Part shown: positions 44,483 to 56,790 of the stretch, piece after piece
How positions within the stretch are numbered: position 1 is the first letter of the stretch
How the letters are laid out: each line of letters opens with the position of its first letter
Origin: the human T2T-CHM13v2.0 reference genome, Homo sapiens
NCBI RefSeq assembly: GCF_009914755.1
Contig: NC_060945.1
Length of the DNA stretch: 64,000 nucleotides
Direction: 5' to 3' (one strand)
The notes under the pieces: generated by a model
What the model was told of the DNA's origin: nothing
Seen by the model: only the letters and a program-made list of their open reading frames with translations
The model's database searches: none
Program-made: the position numbers and the translations under genes

Positions 44483-44777
44483 TATTATTTTTAAGAGACA
44501 GGGTTGTGCTCTGTGCCCAGGATGCAGTGCAGTGGCATGAGTATGGCTCATTACAGCCTCGAACTCCTGGGCTCAAGCAATTCTCCTGTCTCAGCCTCCT
44601 GAGTAGTTGAGATTACAGGCGTGTGTCATCACATCTGGCTAATTTTCTCATTTTTTATAGAGATGAAGTCTTGCTATGTTGTCCAGGTTGGTCTTAAAAA
44701 CTTCTAGCATCAAACTATCCTCCCACCTCAGCATCCCAAAGTGCTGGGATCACAGGCATGAGCCACCAAGCCCGGCC
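44483..44777 (-). mobile_element. AluJ
   Basis: cagcctcgaactcctgggctcaagcaattctcc; both arms present. Confidence 0.92.
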
Positions 44778-44792
44778 AGTATGGGTTATTTA

Positions 44793-44980
44793 GAGCAGTG
44801 TGGTCTAAGGGCCATTGGTTAAAGAATCTCCTAGTGAGGGATAATTAATAATAATGTAGATTTTCTACCCTAATTTTCTACCCACTGGATCTGAATTTCT
44901 AGATTAGATTCTGGGAAAGTGTTATTTTTAGAAAGTACTCCTAGGTGATTTTAGTGCATAATAAAGTCTGAGAATCTCTA
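44793..44980. mobile_element. MER5-like hAT element
   Basis: ctaggtgattttagtgcataataaagtctgagaatc. Confidence 0.55.
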
Positions 44981-46057
44981 ATTTAAACAAATTTAAATTC
45001 TGTGAAATCTCTACTTTTCACTGAATAGACATAATTAAGGTCTAGTGTTTACAACTGCAAGACATTTATAAGCTTGAATGTGATTTAAGACAGGAATACA
45101 TGATAAATATGTTTTTGTTCCTTGTGTGCAAATACAGGCTTAAAAGTGTTGTTTGAAACAAATGATGCAGTAAAAGAAAAAAAAAAAGAAACTACAAGTT
45201 TTACAGACCTTTAAATCAGACCGTTGACTAATTGAAACACATAGGGGTTAGTCTTCCTAGAGGCATAATCTGAAAAATAGAGCAGGTTTTACTGGCTTAG
45301 GATACATCGTTCCAGGATAAGCTCTTTTCTCTCATGTGCTACTTTTTTCATGTACCCAGAAAACAATAAATTTTGGGGTTCTGCAGTTCTATGTGAGCAC
45401 TCCCATCTCATAAATATTTAGACTAGAAGAAAAGAGCCAGGATCATTCTTTTAAAAAGTTTAATGAATTTTTAAAAATGTATGAACATGGTTGGGAAGCC
45501 TGCCAGTGATTAAAGAGTGTTCATTTTAATATTGTACTCTTTTCCCTTTCCAAATTCTTTCCCACACCTCATCGGACTGTACATTTCTCTTAATAAACCT
45601 AATTTAAAATGAATTATTTTAGTCATTTTCATCACAAAATTTAATGATCAACCTTCTTAATTTTCTATTTCTGTGTCTTTGTTTTCATGTCATGTCACCT
45701 ACAGGGCACATTCTGTATGCTGTATGTTAAATTAATATTTCTACCATGGCTGCAATGGGTATTTGATGCACTACAGAAAAGTGTAGAGTGTGGGCCAGAT
45801 CCTCAAAGATCTCAAATCCGAATTGAGGTGTTTATACATGTACGAAATGCCAGGGACTGTCAAGCTTTTGAATGATTTAGAATTACAGTAAAGTCAATCT
45901 AAGCTTCCACGGTATTATTTGTAATCCACTGACACGCCTCATAAACAAAAATTTAAAAAGAATAAGAAAAAATGCAAATAACTTCATTTTACCCTCCGTG
46001 TAAGTCAGTATAAACAGATTGTTCATTTTCCTTTGTCAGGTGAGTTTCAAGAAACTA

Positions 46058-48427
46058 CAGGCATACCTCATTTTATTGTATTTTCTTTATTGAGTCTCAC
46101 AGATATTATGTTATTTATAAATTGAAGATCTGTGGCAGCCCTTCATTGAGCAAGTCTATTGGCACAATTTTTCCAACAGCATATGCTCACTTTGTGTTTC
46201 TGTGTCACATTTTGGTAATTTTCACAATATGTCAAACTTTTTCATTATATCTGTTTTTCACTATATCTTTTTCATTACATCTGTTATGGTAATTGTGATC
46301 AGTGATCTTTGATGATGTTACTATTGTAATTACTTTCGGCCACCACAAACTGCACCTGTATAAGATGGTGAACTTAATTGATAAATGTTGTGTGTGTTCT
46401 CACTGCTCCATTGACCAGCTGTTCCCAATCTTTCTCTCTCCCCTCAGGCCTCCCTCCTCCCTGAAACACAAAAACATTGAAATTAGGCCAATTAATAACT
46501 CTACAATGGCCTCTAAGAGTTAAAATGAAAGGAAGTGTAAAATGGTTTCTCACTTGAAATCAAAAGCTAGAAATGATTAAGCTTCGTGAGGAAGGCAAGT
46601 TGAAAGCTGAGACAGCCAAAAGCTGACTCCCGCACCAGGGAGCCAAGTTGTGCAAGCAAAGGAAAAGTTCTTGAAGGAAATTAAAAGTGCTGCTCCAGTG
46701 AACACATGAATGATAAGAAAGCAAAAGTGATCTGGGTAGAAGATCAAACCAGCCACAACATGCCCTTAAGCCAAAGCCTAATCCAGAGCAAGGCTTTAAC
46801 TCTCTTCAAGTTTGTGAAGACTGAGAGAGGTAAGGAAAGTGCAGAAGGAAAGTTAAATGCTAGAAGAGTCGGTTCAGGAGGTTTCAGGAAAAAGCCATCT
46901 CCACAAATAAACATACAACGCGAAGCAACAAATGCTGATGTAGAAGCTGTGGCAAGTTTTCCAGAAGAGCTAGCTCAGATCATTGATAAACGTGGCTACA
47001 TTAAACAACATATTTTCAGTGTGGATGAAACAGAGTCCTATTGGAAGAAGACACCATCTAGGACTTTCATAGCTACAGGGAAAAGTCAATGACTGGCTTC
47101 AAAGCTTCAAAGAACAGGGTGACTCTCTTGTCAGACACTAATACAGCTGCTGACTTGAAGTTGAAGCCAGTGCTCACTGCACATTCTGAAAACTTAAGGA
47201 TCCTTAAGAACTGTGCTAAATCTACTGTGCCTATGTGCAACAAAGCCCTTATGGCAGCATGTCTGTTTACAATATCATTTACTGAATATTTGAAGCCTAC
47301 TACTGAGAACTACTGCTCAGGAAAAAAGATACTTTTCAAAATAGTACTGCTCTTTGACAATGGACCTGGTCACCCAAGAGCTCTGATGGAGGTGTGCAAG
47401 GAGATGAACGCTGTGTTCATGCCTGCTAACACAACACCCGTTCTGTACTCCATGGATCACAGAGTAATTTTGACTTTCAAGTCTTATTATTTGAGAAATA
47501 AATTTTGTAAGGCTATAGCTGCCACACATAGTTATTCCTGTGATGGATCCGGGCAAAGTAAATTGAAAACCTAGAAAAGAGTCACCATTCTAGATGTCAC
47601 TAAGAACATTTGTGATTCATGGGAGGAGGTTAAATTATCAACATTAATAGAAGTTTGAAAGAAATTTATTCCAGCCCTCATGGATGACTTTGATGGGTTC
47701 AAGACTTTGGTAGAGGAAGTAACTGCAGGTATAGTGATAATATCAAGGAAATTAGAACTAAAAGTGGAGCCTGAAGATGTGACTGAATTGCTTCAGTCTC
47801 ACGATAAAACTTGAACATAACAGCAGTTAATTCTTACGGATTAGCAAAAAAGTGGTTTTGTGAGATGGAATCTATTCCTGGTGAAAATGCTGTGAACACT
47901 GTGGAAATGACAACAAAGGATTTAGAATATTACATAAACTTAGTTGATAAAGCAGCAGTAGGGTTTAGAAGGATTGACTCCAATTTTGAAAGAAGTTCTA
48001 CGGTGGGTCAAATGCTACCGAAGAGCATTGCACGCTATAGAGAAATCTTTCATGAAAGGAGGAGTCAACTGATGTAGCAGACTTCACTGTTGTCTTATTT
48101 TTAAAAATTTCCACAGCCACCCCAATTTTCAGCAACCACCACCTTGATCAGTCAGCAGCCATCAGCATCAAAGCAAGACCCTCTTCCAGCAAAAAAATTA
48201 CAACAACTTGCTGAAGGCTCGGATGATTTTTAGCAACAAACTATTTTAAAATTAAGGTATGTACATTGTTTTTTGGGTGTAATGCTACTGCACCCTTAAT
48301 AGACTACAGTATAAACAACTTTATATGTACCAAGAAACCAAAAAATTCATGTGACTCACTTTGTTGCCATATGTGCCTTATTTTGGTAGTCCAGAATGGA
48401 ACCTACAATGTCTGCAAGGTATAATTG
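46058..48427 (+). mobile_element. Tigger1 DNA transposon, near full-length (about 2.37 kb), transposase disrupted
   Basis: TA|caggcatacctc left TIR and aggtataattg|TA right TIR. ORF remnants 46706-47574 carry pogo motifs [31 protein letters not shown] and [22 protein letters not shown]. Confidence 0.95.
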
Positions 48428-48429
48428 TA

Positions 48430-49560
48430 CTTTGTCAGCCACTCCAGCTTTCTTTTGGTTAATATTTGCATGGTATATCTTTTTCCATCCTTTTACTTAA
48501 GTTAGCTATTTCAGTAGAGTTGAAATGAATAACATATATTTGAGTAGGTTCAGAACAAAATCCATTTGCTGTTTTTACTGGTATGTTTAGATCATTAATG
48601 TAATTATTGATATGTTTGAATTTAGGTATATCATTTTGTGATTTGCTTTCTGTTTGTTCCCTCTGTTTTTCATTCCTTTGACTCCCCTTTTCTGCCTTCT
48701 TTTCAGTTATAAGAATATTTATTAGTATCCATTTTAATTGATCTACTATGATTTTGACTATATTACTCTGTAGTTCTTTATTGTTCTATTTAGTGGGTGC
48801 TCTAGGGATTACAGGATATATACTTAACTCTTCATCATCACCTAGAATCAATTTTGTATCATTTTAGTTGGAATATAGAAACCTTATCATCTTATTGATC
48901 CATTAACCTTTCCCCTCCTGTGCTAGTCATGTTAAATATTACATCTAAACCATTGAATGTGCTATCATACATATCATATGTTTTCACATTAAATAGTCGA
49001 TTGCATTTTAACAAACTCAAGAGGAGAAAAACAGCCTACCATATTTACTAACTAGTACTGCTAGTGGGGCAGGACTTTGATTTTTTACTCTTCTTTTTCC
49101 TTTATGATATTCCATGTTTTCTCTGGTATCATTTGCTTTCTTCCTGAAGAACTTTTACATCAGGTCTGCTGGATTAATATTTTCTTAATTTTTCTTAATT
49201 TAAGAATGTCTTTATTTTCTCTCTATTCTTGGAGAATATTTTTTACTTGATATAGAGGTTGATAATTCTATTCTTTTGGCACTTAAAAAATATGCCACTT
49301 TCCTGGCCTCTAAGGTTTCTGATGAGAAAATGAAGTCATTCAAATCACAGCTCCCCTATAGGTAATGTTTTGTTTTTCTCTGGCTGCTTCCAAATTTTTT
49401 TTCTTTAGCTTTTAACCAATTTGATTATGATGTATCTGGGTGTGAATTTCATTGGGTTTATCCAGTTTGGAATTTCCTCAGCTTCTTAGATCTGTAATTT
49501 ATTTCTTTCACCAAACTTGGGATTTTTTTAGCTCCATATTCTTTCTCCTTTCTTCTGGGA
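48430..49560 (-). mobile_element. Old L1M fragment, antisense
   Basis: T-rich; tttgcatggtatatctttttccatccttttactt, gtttctgatgagaa, tttgattatgatgt. Confidence 0.75.
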
Positions 49561-50877
49561 TTCTGATGGCACAGATGCTAAACCCTGTCCACATTATGCT
49601 TGCTTACTTAGACAGAACTAGAGGGCTTCTCCTGCAGCTCTCTGTTCATGTCCTGAAGCCTATTTCTATGTTTTGGGCTGCGTTTAGTCCAAAGTCGAGT
49701 AACAGAGGGAAACAACTGGTAAATTTATGGCTAGTTGGGCAGTATTTCAAATTTTGTCTGGTTCCCCAATCCACCTGCTAGTATTTACTTTCCACAGTCC
49801 TGAAGTAGCTGCTTCGTGCATTCTGTCCACGCTCTCCATAGTTATGCTCAGTAGGAGGCAGAGCGTGGAGCTTGTTTTCTTCATCTTACTCAGAACTAGA
49901 ACCAACCCTCCCAACTAAATATAATGAGACAAAAGCTATTTTACCACAAACACTAAACAAAATATATAACATGTATATTATGCTGGTGGTGTAAAGCCAA
50001 CAGGCTGAATAAAAAGAAACTCATTTTAGAATTGATAGACCTCAGCTGATCCTCACTATGATCAATGACTTTTTATTTGGCATGCCATCTGGCATTTATT
50101 TGCTTCCACTGAAAATACATTCTGTCTGGAGATTGTTCCAAATGTAGGTTATGCACAATATCATCGGAGGCAAGTTGTTGTGCTTTTTGTTCTTTTAAGT
50201 CTTACAAGTCTTGACTTAAATGGAGAAAACTGCTGATTAACACAATTTTTTAAAGAGCTTAATCAGGGAAATTCTCAACTGTTACATACAAAGGAACACT
50301 CAATCTATACAGCACTAGGATCACTCTGCCAAAAGAGCCGGCAGTTAGAACACCACTGTGTGCATTATTTATTGACATATTGTCAATGGAGATGAGCCAT
50401 TGGAATTCTTTAATGAATCATTTTTAAAGCAAATCATTACCCACTGATTTTTGATATTATATATGTAATTTTTTTCTATAAATCAGGTTTATATATTTTT
50501 ATTTAGATTTGATTTCCTAGTTTCTGAGTGGGTTTCTCCCTCTAATTCACAAGCCAGCCTAGGGTAACATGGCAGACTTGTGTATCTAATGTACATGACT
50601 TTTCAGGCAGTATTATGCCTTCAGCAACCACTGGGCAGCAGGACACCGTACTTAATTAGCTGCTTTTGCAGTTATCAGACTGCAATCACATTTGATTAAG
50701 GGCACCATTTATTTCACTCAAGGCCGAGAGTGCTCTCCTGGGGAGAGGCAGGTGGTACTCTCCTGTTGATGAAGTCCAGAGAGCCAGAGAGACAGCCTGT
50801 GACCAGAAGTGACACTCTGCAGCTCAGTCACAGACTTTCCAAATGACCTTGCAGAAGTCATTTTTCTCCCCATCATG

Positions 50878-51027
50878 TTTTATTTATTTTATTTTTAAAA
50901 TTATTATTATGATTCTTTTTGATCACTCTGTTGCTCAGGCTGGACTCAAACTCCTGGACTCAAGCAACCTTCCCACCTCAACCTTCCAAGTAGCTGGGAT
51001 GACAGGCATGTATTTCCATGCCCAGCT
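50878..51027 (-). mobile_element. FLAM/Alu monomer
   Basis: ctctgttgctcaggctggactcaaactcctggactcaagc...gcccagct. Confidence 0.8.
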
Positions 51028-51074
51028 TAAAACCCAGATGTTTTCAAAGCCCAATGTTTTCATCAATGACAGGA

Positions 51075-51235
51075 AAAATTTGTAAAGCCCTTCTAAGTGC
51101 TTCTTTGTATAAATATATATGTCAGGGGGGCAAGTTACTATTCCCTGTTTACACATGAACAAACTGAGGCTCGGTGATATTAGGAGATCTAAGTTCACAC
51201 AGCATCAGGAACCCAAGCCCGATTTTTCTGTGGTA
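51075..51235 (-). mobile_element. MIR
   Basis: ccctgtttacacatgaacaaactgaggctc core. Confidence 0.7.
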
Positions 51236-52582
51236 TTTCTCTTACAACTTCCTATCACAAAACTACTGTTAATCAAGAATAGAATCACAAAGCATTGTTT
51301 CCTGTTTAATTCTACTTGGCAAAAGCCAAGAGGGTCTATTTACTTAATATAAGAATGAATATTACTTGAGACTGCAACCTCAAAGTAGAGTTTTCAGCAT
51401 TTATTTGATAAACTTAAATTCTAATATATTTCTATGTGTAATACTTCAGAGGCTGATCCTACATTATACCTGATGTTTGTTTAAAAAAAATGTTGTATCC
51501 ACACAGTAGAGTTGGCTATTTGCAACCACAGGTAGCTCTTATTTTTTGCAAAATGCAGCATAGAGAGATATAGTTTTGCTTATGTTTTTGACAGTGTGAG
51601 TTGATACAGAAATATGTTTAAAGTAATTTGTCATGTTTTTCTCTATTTTTGCCAGATTTGTGCAAAGGCATAAATTGTTTTTTATTACTGTAGGGTCTTT
51701 TTCTTCCTCTCCTTTCTGTAACCATGAATATTGAAATTAAAAATTCTCTTTGTTTCTGAGTCACAGAGTTACCATCGGCTAAATAGCTGAGGCTTTCACC
51801 CATAGCACTTTCAGATGGAATCCTATTATACCTTATGAGGTTATCATCACCCTCTGAAATTTTCATTAGTTATGGGTGTGTACATCCTAACATTTTGCAG
51901 TTGGGAGACAGCTGGGAGACACTGTGTTCTGGGTTGCAGCTGCCCATCAGAATTCTTCCAACATAATGGAATAAAAATCACTGGGTGTGTGTAATTCTTC
52001 CCTCCTCAATTTTATCAACAAAACATTTTATCTCCAAAAATCATGAAGGTGAGTTGCACAGGAGCCTGTTGTCTTAACAGTCATAGGCTGGCAGATCATA
52101 TTGCCTCATTGATGGAGCACATTCAACCCAGAAACATGACAGGAGGTTAAATTATTATAATCAAATTGGCTTTTCAATTCTAGTCTCTATCATCTGATTA
52201 TAATTTATCATAAACAGTGTGATTAGAAAGTGACAATTGATTCTATCATTCCTTTTACTCTGTAATGACACCTAATCTGTATTCCATGAGAAGATACTAT
52301 TTGAAACCAATAACACATTCAAATGATGGTTTGATTTTGCTAAGCAAATATTTTTCCAGATGATGAACACTAGTTTAGAACCCACAAAATGTCAGATTTT
52401 TCATGTTTAAATGAAGAATTGATCTGTGTTTAAATAATCTATTCTGGATCCTTCAATCTATTAGGCCCTGTGGCTTTGATAGTGAGTTGGCAGACTAGCT
52501 TCTCGTCCTCTTAGGTCTGGAATGTGGAAGGGCAGACAGATATTAAGGAACATAAATAAACTGATAAATAGTAACAGGATAG

Positions 52583-52964
52583 TGTATTAGTCTGTCTTCA
52601 CACTGCTAGGAAGAAATACCTGAGACTGGGTAATTTATAAAGAAAAGAGGCTTAATTGACTCATGGTTCCATAGGCTGTACAGATAGCATGACTGGGGAG
52701 ACGTCAGAAAACTTTCAATCATGGCAGACGGTGAAGGGGAATCAGGCACGTCCTCACATGGCCAGAGCAGGAAAGACAGTGAAAGGGGAAGGGCTACACA
52801 CTTTTAAACAACCAGATCTCATGAGGACTCACTCACTATCACAAGAACAGCAAGGGAGAAATCCACGCCCATGATCCATTCACCTTCCACCAGGCCCCTC
52901 CTACAACACTGAGGATTGCAATTCGACATGAAATTTGGGTAGAGACACAAATCCAAACCTATCA
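52583..52964 (-). mobile_element. MSTA MaLR solo LTR
   Basis: tgtattagtctgtcttcacactgcta...aaacctatca; TSD gatag/aatag. Confidence 0.9.
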
Positions 52965-53184
52965 AATAGAGAAGGGATAATGCTACGGCAGCAAACAGCA
53001 GGGAATCAAATCCAGATATAGTGGGTAAGAAAAGGTTCTCTCCAAAATATAGCGTTTAGGTCTTCATAAGGATAGCAATGAATCATTTTCACTCATGGCA
53101 TCTTGAAACCTTCTTCAGATCTTCAAGAGCCAGTGAGGAGTAGCAGAAACAGGCCAAGTATGTCTCATTTTAAATGCCAGCCCT

Positions 53185-53342
53185 TTACATAGCAGCTATA
53201 CGAAATGACTTATTCTGAGCCTCATCCTCCTCATCTGAACAGACAGGAATAATACATAGGTCACAAGGACTATTCTGAAGGTTAATTAACTTATATGTTT
53301 TACACATCGGTGACAGAGAACGCATTAAATAAATGGTAGTTC
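53185..53342 (+). mobile_element. MIR
   Basis: tctgagcctcatcctcctcatctg...gaaggttaatt. Confidence 0.7.
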
Positions 53343-54369
53343 TCTTTCTTCCAACAATTCCTGCTGCCACCAAAAACACTTTCTTTTATAATATCCAACT
53401 GTGATGTCTATCTAATTAAGGCAGCTCCTAAACCTAGATTATATGAACAGATATGAGGTAATCTGATTTGGAAACAATCCAAGTCAATAAAAATGGGCGC
53501 TCACATAGACTGCTTTGTTATGGTAACATATTCAATTCAGAATGAACTGAAATATCACAAATCCTACATTTTATGTAACATAAAACGCAACAAGCAAATA
53601 GAAGAAAATAAAGGCATTGATTGTCCCCACCACCACAAGGAGTGTATTCAGGTTGATTAGTGAAGGAAAGATCAGTTTTGATAGAGGTAAAGAGGGCTAA
53701 AATAGCATCCGAATGTAAAGAGGGGAGAAATCTCAGTGTATTCCTGAATTTCCCTAAGGCTCCGTTGTTGGCTTGCTGTTCTATTTCTTATACCTCTCTT
53801 CAGAAAATCTCATTCATTCCCACACACCTTTCAACCCCAGCATCTCCAGGCTTTTTACTCCCAGACCTATATGTGATGTTTCATGCTCTCCACTGGGCTT
53901 CAGAATGGAACATTCCACCATCTGAAGCTCACTGAGTTTGGTTCATACCCTACAGCAGGCTTTTCCTTGTTTAATGTACTAAAAGTAGAATTCATTCCCG
54001 TTTCTGAACCTTCCTGAATATTCCCCATTAGTTCTCAGCACACCATCCAGCCTCTTATCCAAAGCAGAAACCTCAGAATTAATTCAGACATGTTCCTCTC
54101 ATTTAGCCCCAATCCTTAGGTCCACATCCCATCAGTCCTCAAGTACTAATCTCTTCTGTCCTTTCATCCTGTAGCACAAGACACTGTCAAATAGCACCAA
54201 CCTTTGCTTTCCAGGTGTACTGGGCAGATAGGTAGTGGCAGTAATGCCTGGGAGTTGGTTACAAGCGCAGAATTTCAGGCCCCATCCAGACCTACCAAGT
54301 CTGAATCGGCATGTTAAAAAGGTGTCTGGGCGACTCCATTACAACCATGATCAAACTTTTCCATTGCCT

Positions 54370-56790
54370 TTTTTTAATTACAAGAATTTTCAAACATATA
54401 AGAATCATAGATAATATAAAACACCCATATGCCACTACCTGGATTTATTACATGTTAATAATTATACTTTCTTGAGATATTTAATTTAAAACAATTTTTT
54501 GAGACAGGGTCTTGCTATGTTGTCCAGGCTGGTCTCAAATTCCTTGGCTCAGGCAATCCTCCCACCTCAGCCTCCCGTGTAGCTGTGAATGCAGATGCAA
54601 TCCACCATGATTAAGCAATGAAATGTCAGAGTTGAAGGCCACTTCCCAACACTCCTCCCTAGGGTGACCAATGTGTCTCAGTTTGCCCGGGACCATCCAG
54701 GTTGCTGCACTCAAAGTATTGAATCCCTGGAAACTTCTCAGTCCTGGGCAATCCTGAAATTCATTGGTACTCTTCTCTCCCTCAGATATTTACACATTCA
54801 TGACATGTGTTTGTTTTCATAAATAATACACAGAATTATTTTATGTGTTTATGCAAATGGCATCATGTAGTACACATTGCTCTTCAGTTAGCTCTTCACA
54901 CAGCATTATTCGTTTTGAGATTTACTCTAATGTTATGTTAACATGAACTGAGTTATTTTAATTGCTGTATCCTTTGCACGAATATACTCTATCCACTTGG
55001 TCTTCTGATGGAGGTGTGGGTTGCTTCCAATGTTTTGCTATTTTTTAAATAATACGTCAACCAACAGTATAAATGTCTCCTTGGGCATATTTGGAAATTT
55101 CCTAGGGAATATATCTTGAAGAGGTGTTACTGCTAAATCCTAAAGTATGTCTATCTTCAGCTTTACTATATGGGGTCTGATTGCTCTCTATGTGGAACAG
55201 TTCTTGTTCTCCCATCAACAATGTGAGAGCCCTTTTATCTTTGCCCACATTGCTTGGCACTATCAGACTTACGGAGTATTTGAGCCCAATGGGTATGAGA
55301 CGGTATTTCAATGTTTTAAGTTGGTTTGTCCTGCTTTAGTTAGCCAGGTGGATCATCTTTCACTTGTTTATGGACCATCCAGTTTTCTGCTCTATGCCTT
55401 TTTTTGTGCACACACATTGCCCATTATCCTATTCAGGCATTGCGGATACTAATCTCCTGTGAATCATATGAATTGCAAATATCTTCTCCAAGTGAGGGTT
55501 TGCCTTACATTTTTATCTAGGAATTCTGTTGCTCTCTATATTAAAAATTTTAAAAATCAAGATATAATTCACGTCCCACAAAACTCACCATTTTAAAGTG
55601 TACAGTTCGGTGTTTTTTAGTAATCTTTTCTTTTGTGTTTTTTAATCTTTTATTTTAGACATTTTTTCTATCCTGATACCATAAATGCTATTCTCCTCCC
55701 ATTAAAAAAATGTAATTGTTTGCTTTTTGTTTTTACATATTTAGTCTGATAAGAGTGGATTTTTTATTGTGGAGTGATGAATTGATCTCATTTAATGTTT
55801 ATGCATATGGATAGCTAGTTATTTTAGCAACATCTGTTACATAATCTATCCACCTCCACTAGTCTGTAATGCCATTTCTGTTATCCATCAAGTTTCCATA
55901 TATACGTCAGTCAGTTTCTAAGCTCCAAATTCTTTTGGTTTATCCATTAACCAATATCACACAATTTCTTTTTTATAACTTTATAATAAATCTTGATGTC
56001 TGTAAGGCATATCTTCTGACCTTATTCTTTTTCATAACTCTCTTCTCTTCCCACGATCTTTACTGTCCCACATAAATTTTAGGCCCATTCTTTCAAATTC
56101 AACATAAAATGTTCTTGTGGATTTTGATTGGAATTGCACTGAATGTACAGATAGTTCAGGAAGAACTGCCATGTTTAAATATTGACATCTTTACAATACC
56201 TGCATCCACAATTTGATATGTCTCTTAATTTCATTAGGTCTCTCTTTATCCCTTGTAATTTTTACATGGTTATAATACTCACTAAATGCATATATTATTA
56301 CTGGATTCCTTACTGGATATATTATAGTTTTAAATATTGTATTTTAGATTTATTTATGCACATATCTATTACATTTTCTTATTGATTGTTGATGGTATGT
56401 AGGAATATACCACTTTGGACACTGATCTTATATCCTGCAATTTTGGTGAATTCCGTTATTTTTCATAGTCTGAGAAATACTGACAATCATCTCATTTGTA
56501 AATGAGAGCAATTTACTTTCTTCCTTTCCAGTCTTTATTACCTTTTTAAAAATGTGTCTTGCTGATTGCACTGGCCAGGACTTCCAGTACAATGCTGACT
56601 AGAAGTGGTAGAAGGCACTAGTTTGTCATATTTTTGCCTTTAAAGGCAAGGGTTATAACAACATACCATTGATTATGCTGCCTGAGATAGGGTGGTGGTT
56701 TTTAAAATATATATTTATTAGGTTAAACATTTTTTCTTCTATATCCCTAGTTTGCTAAGCATTTTAACTCTGAGTGATGACTTTAATTGC
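54370..56790 (-). mobile_element. Old L1ME-type fragment, antisense, with nested FLAM (54495-54610)
   Basis: gggttgcttccaatgttttgcta, ttgcaaatatcttctcc, gattttgattggaattgcactgaat, gcactggccaggacttccagtacaatg. Confidence 0.8.
54660..54773. mobile_element. MER81 hAT-Blackjack MITE
   Basis: tagggtgaccaa...cagtttgcccgggac...cagtcctgggcaa...ttggtactct; quasi-palindromic. Confidence 0.75.

Noticed and set aside
46706-48077. Transposase-like ORFs as a functional TIGD gene
   Set aside because: Frameshifted, stop-interrupted Tigger1 fossil that retains its TIRs.
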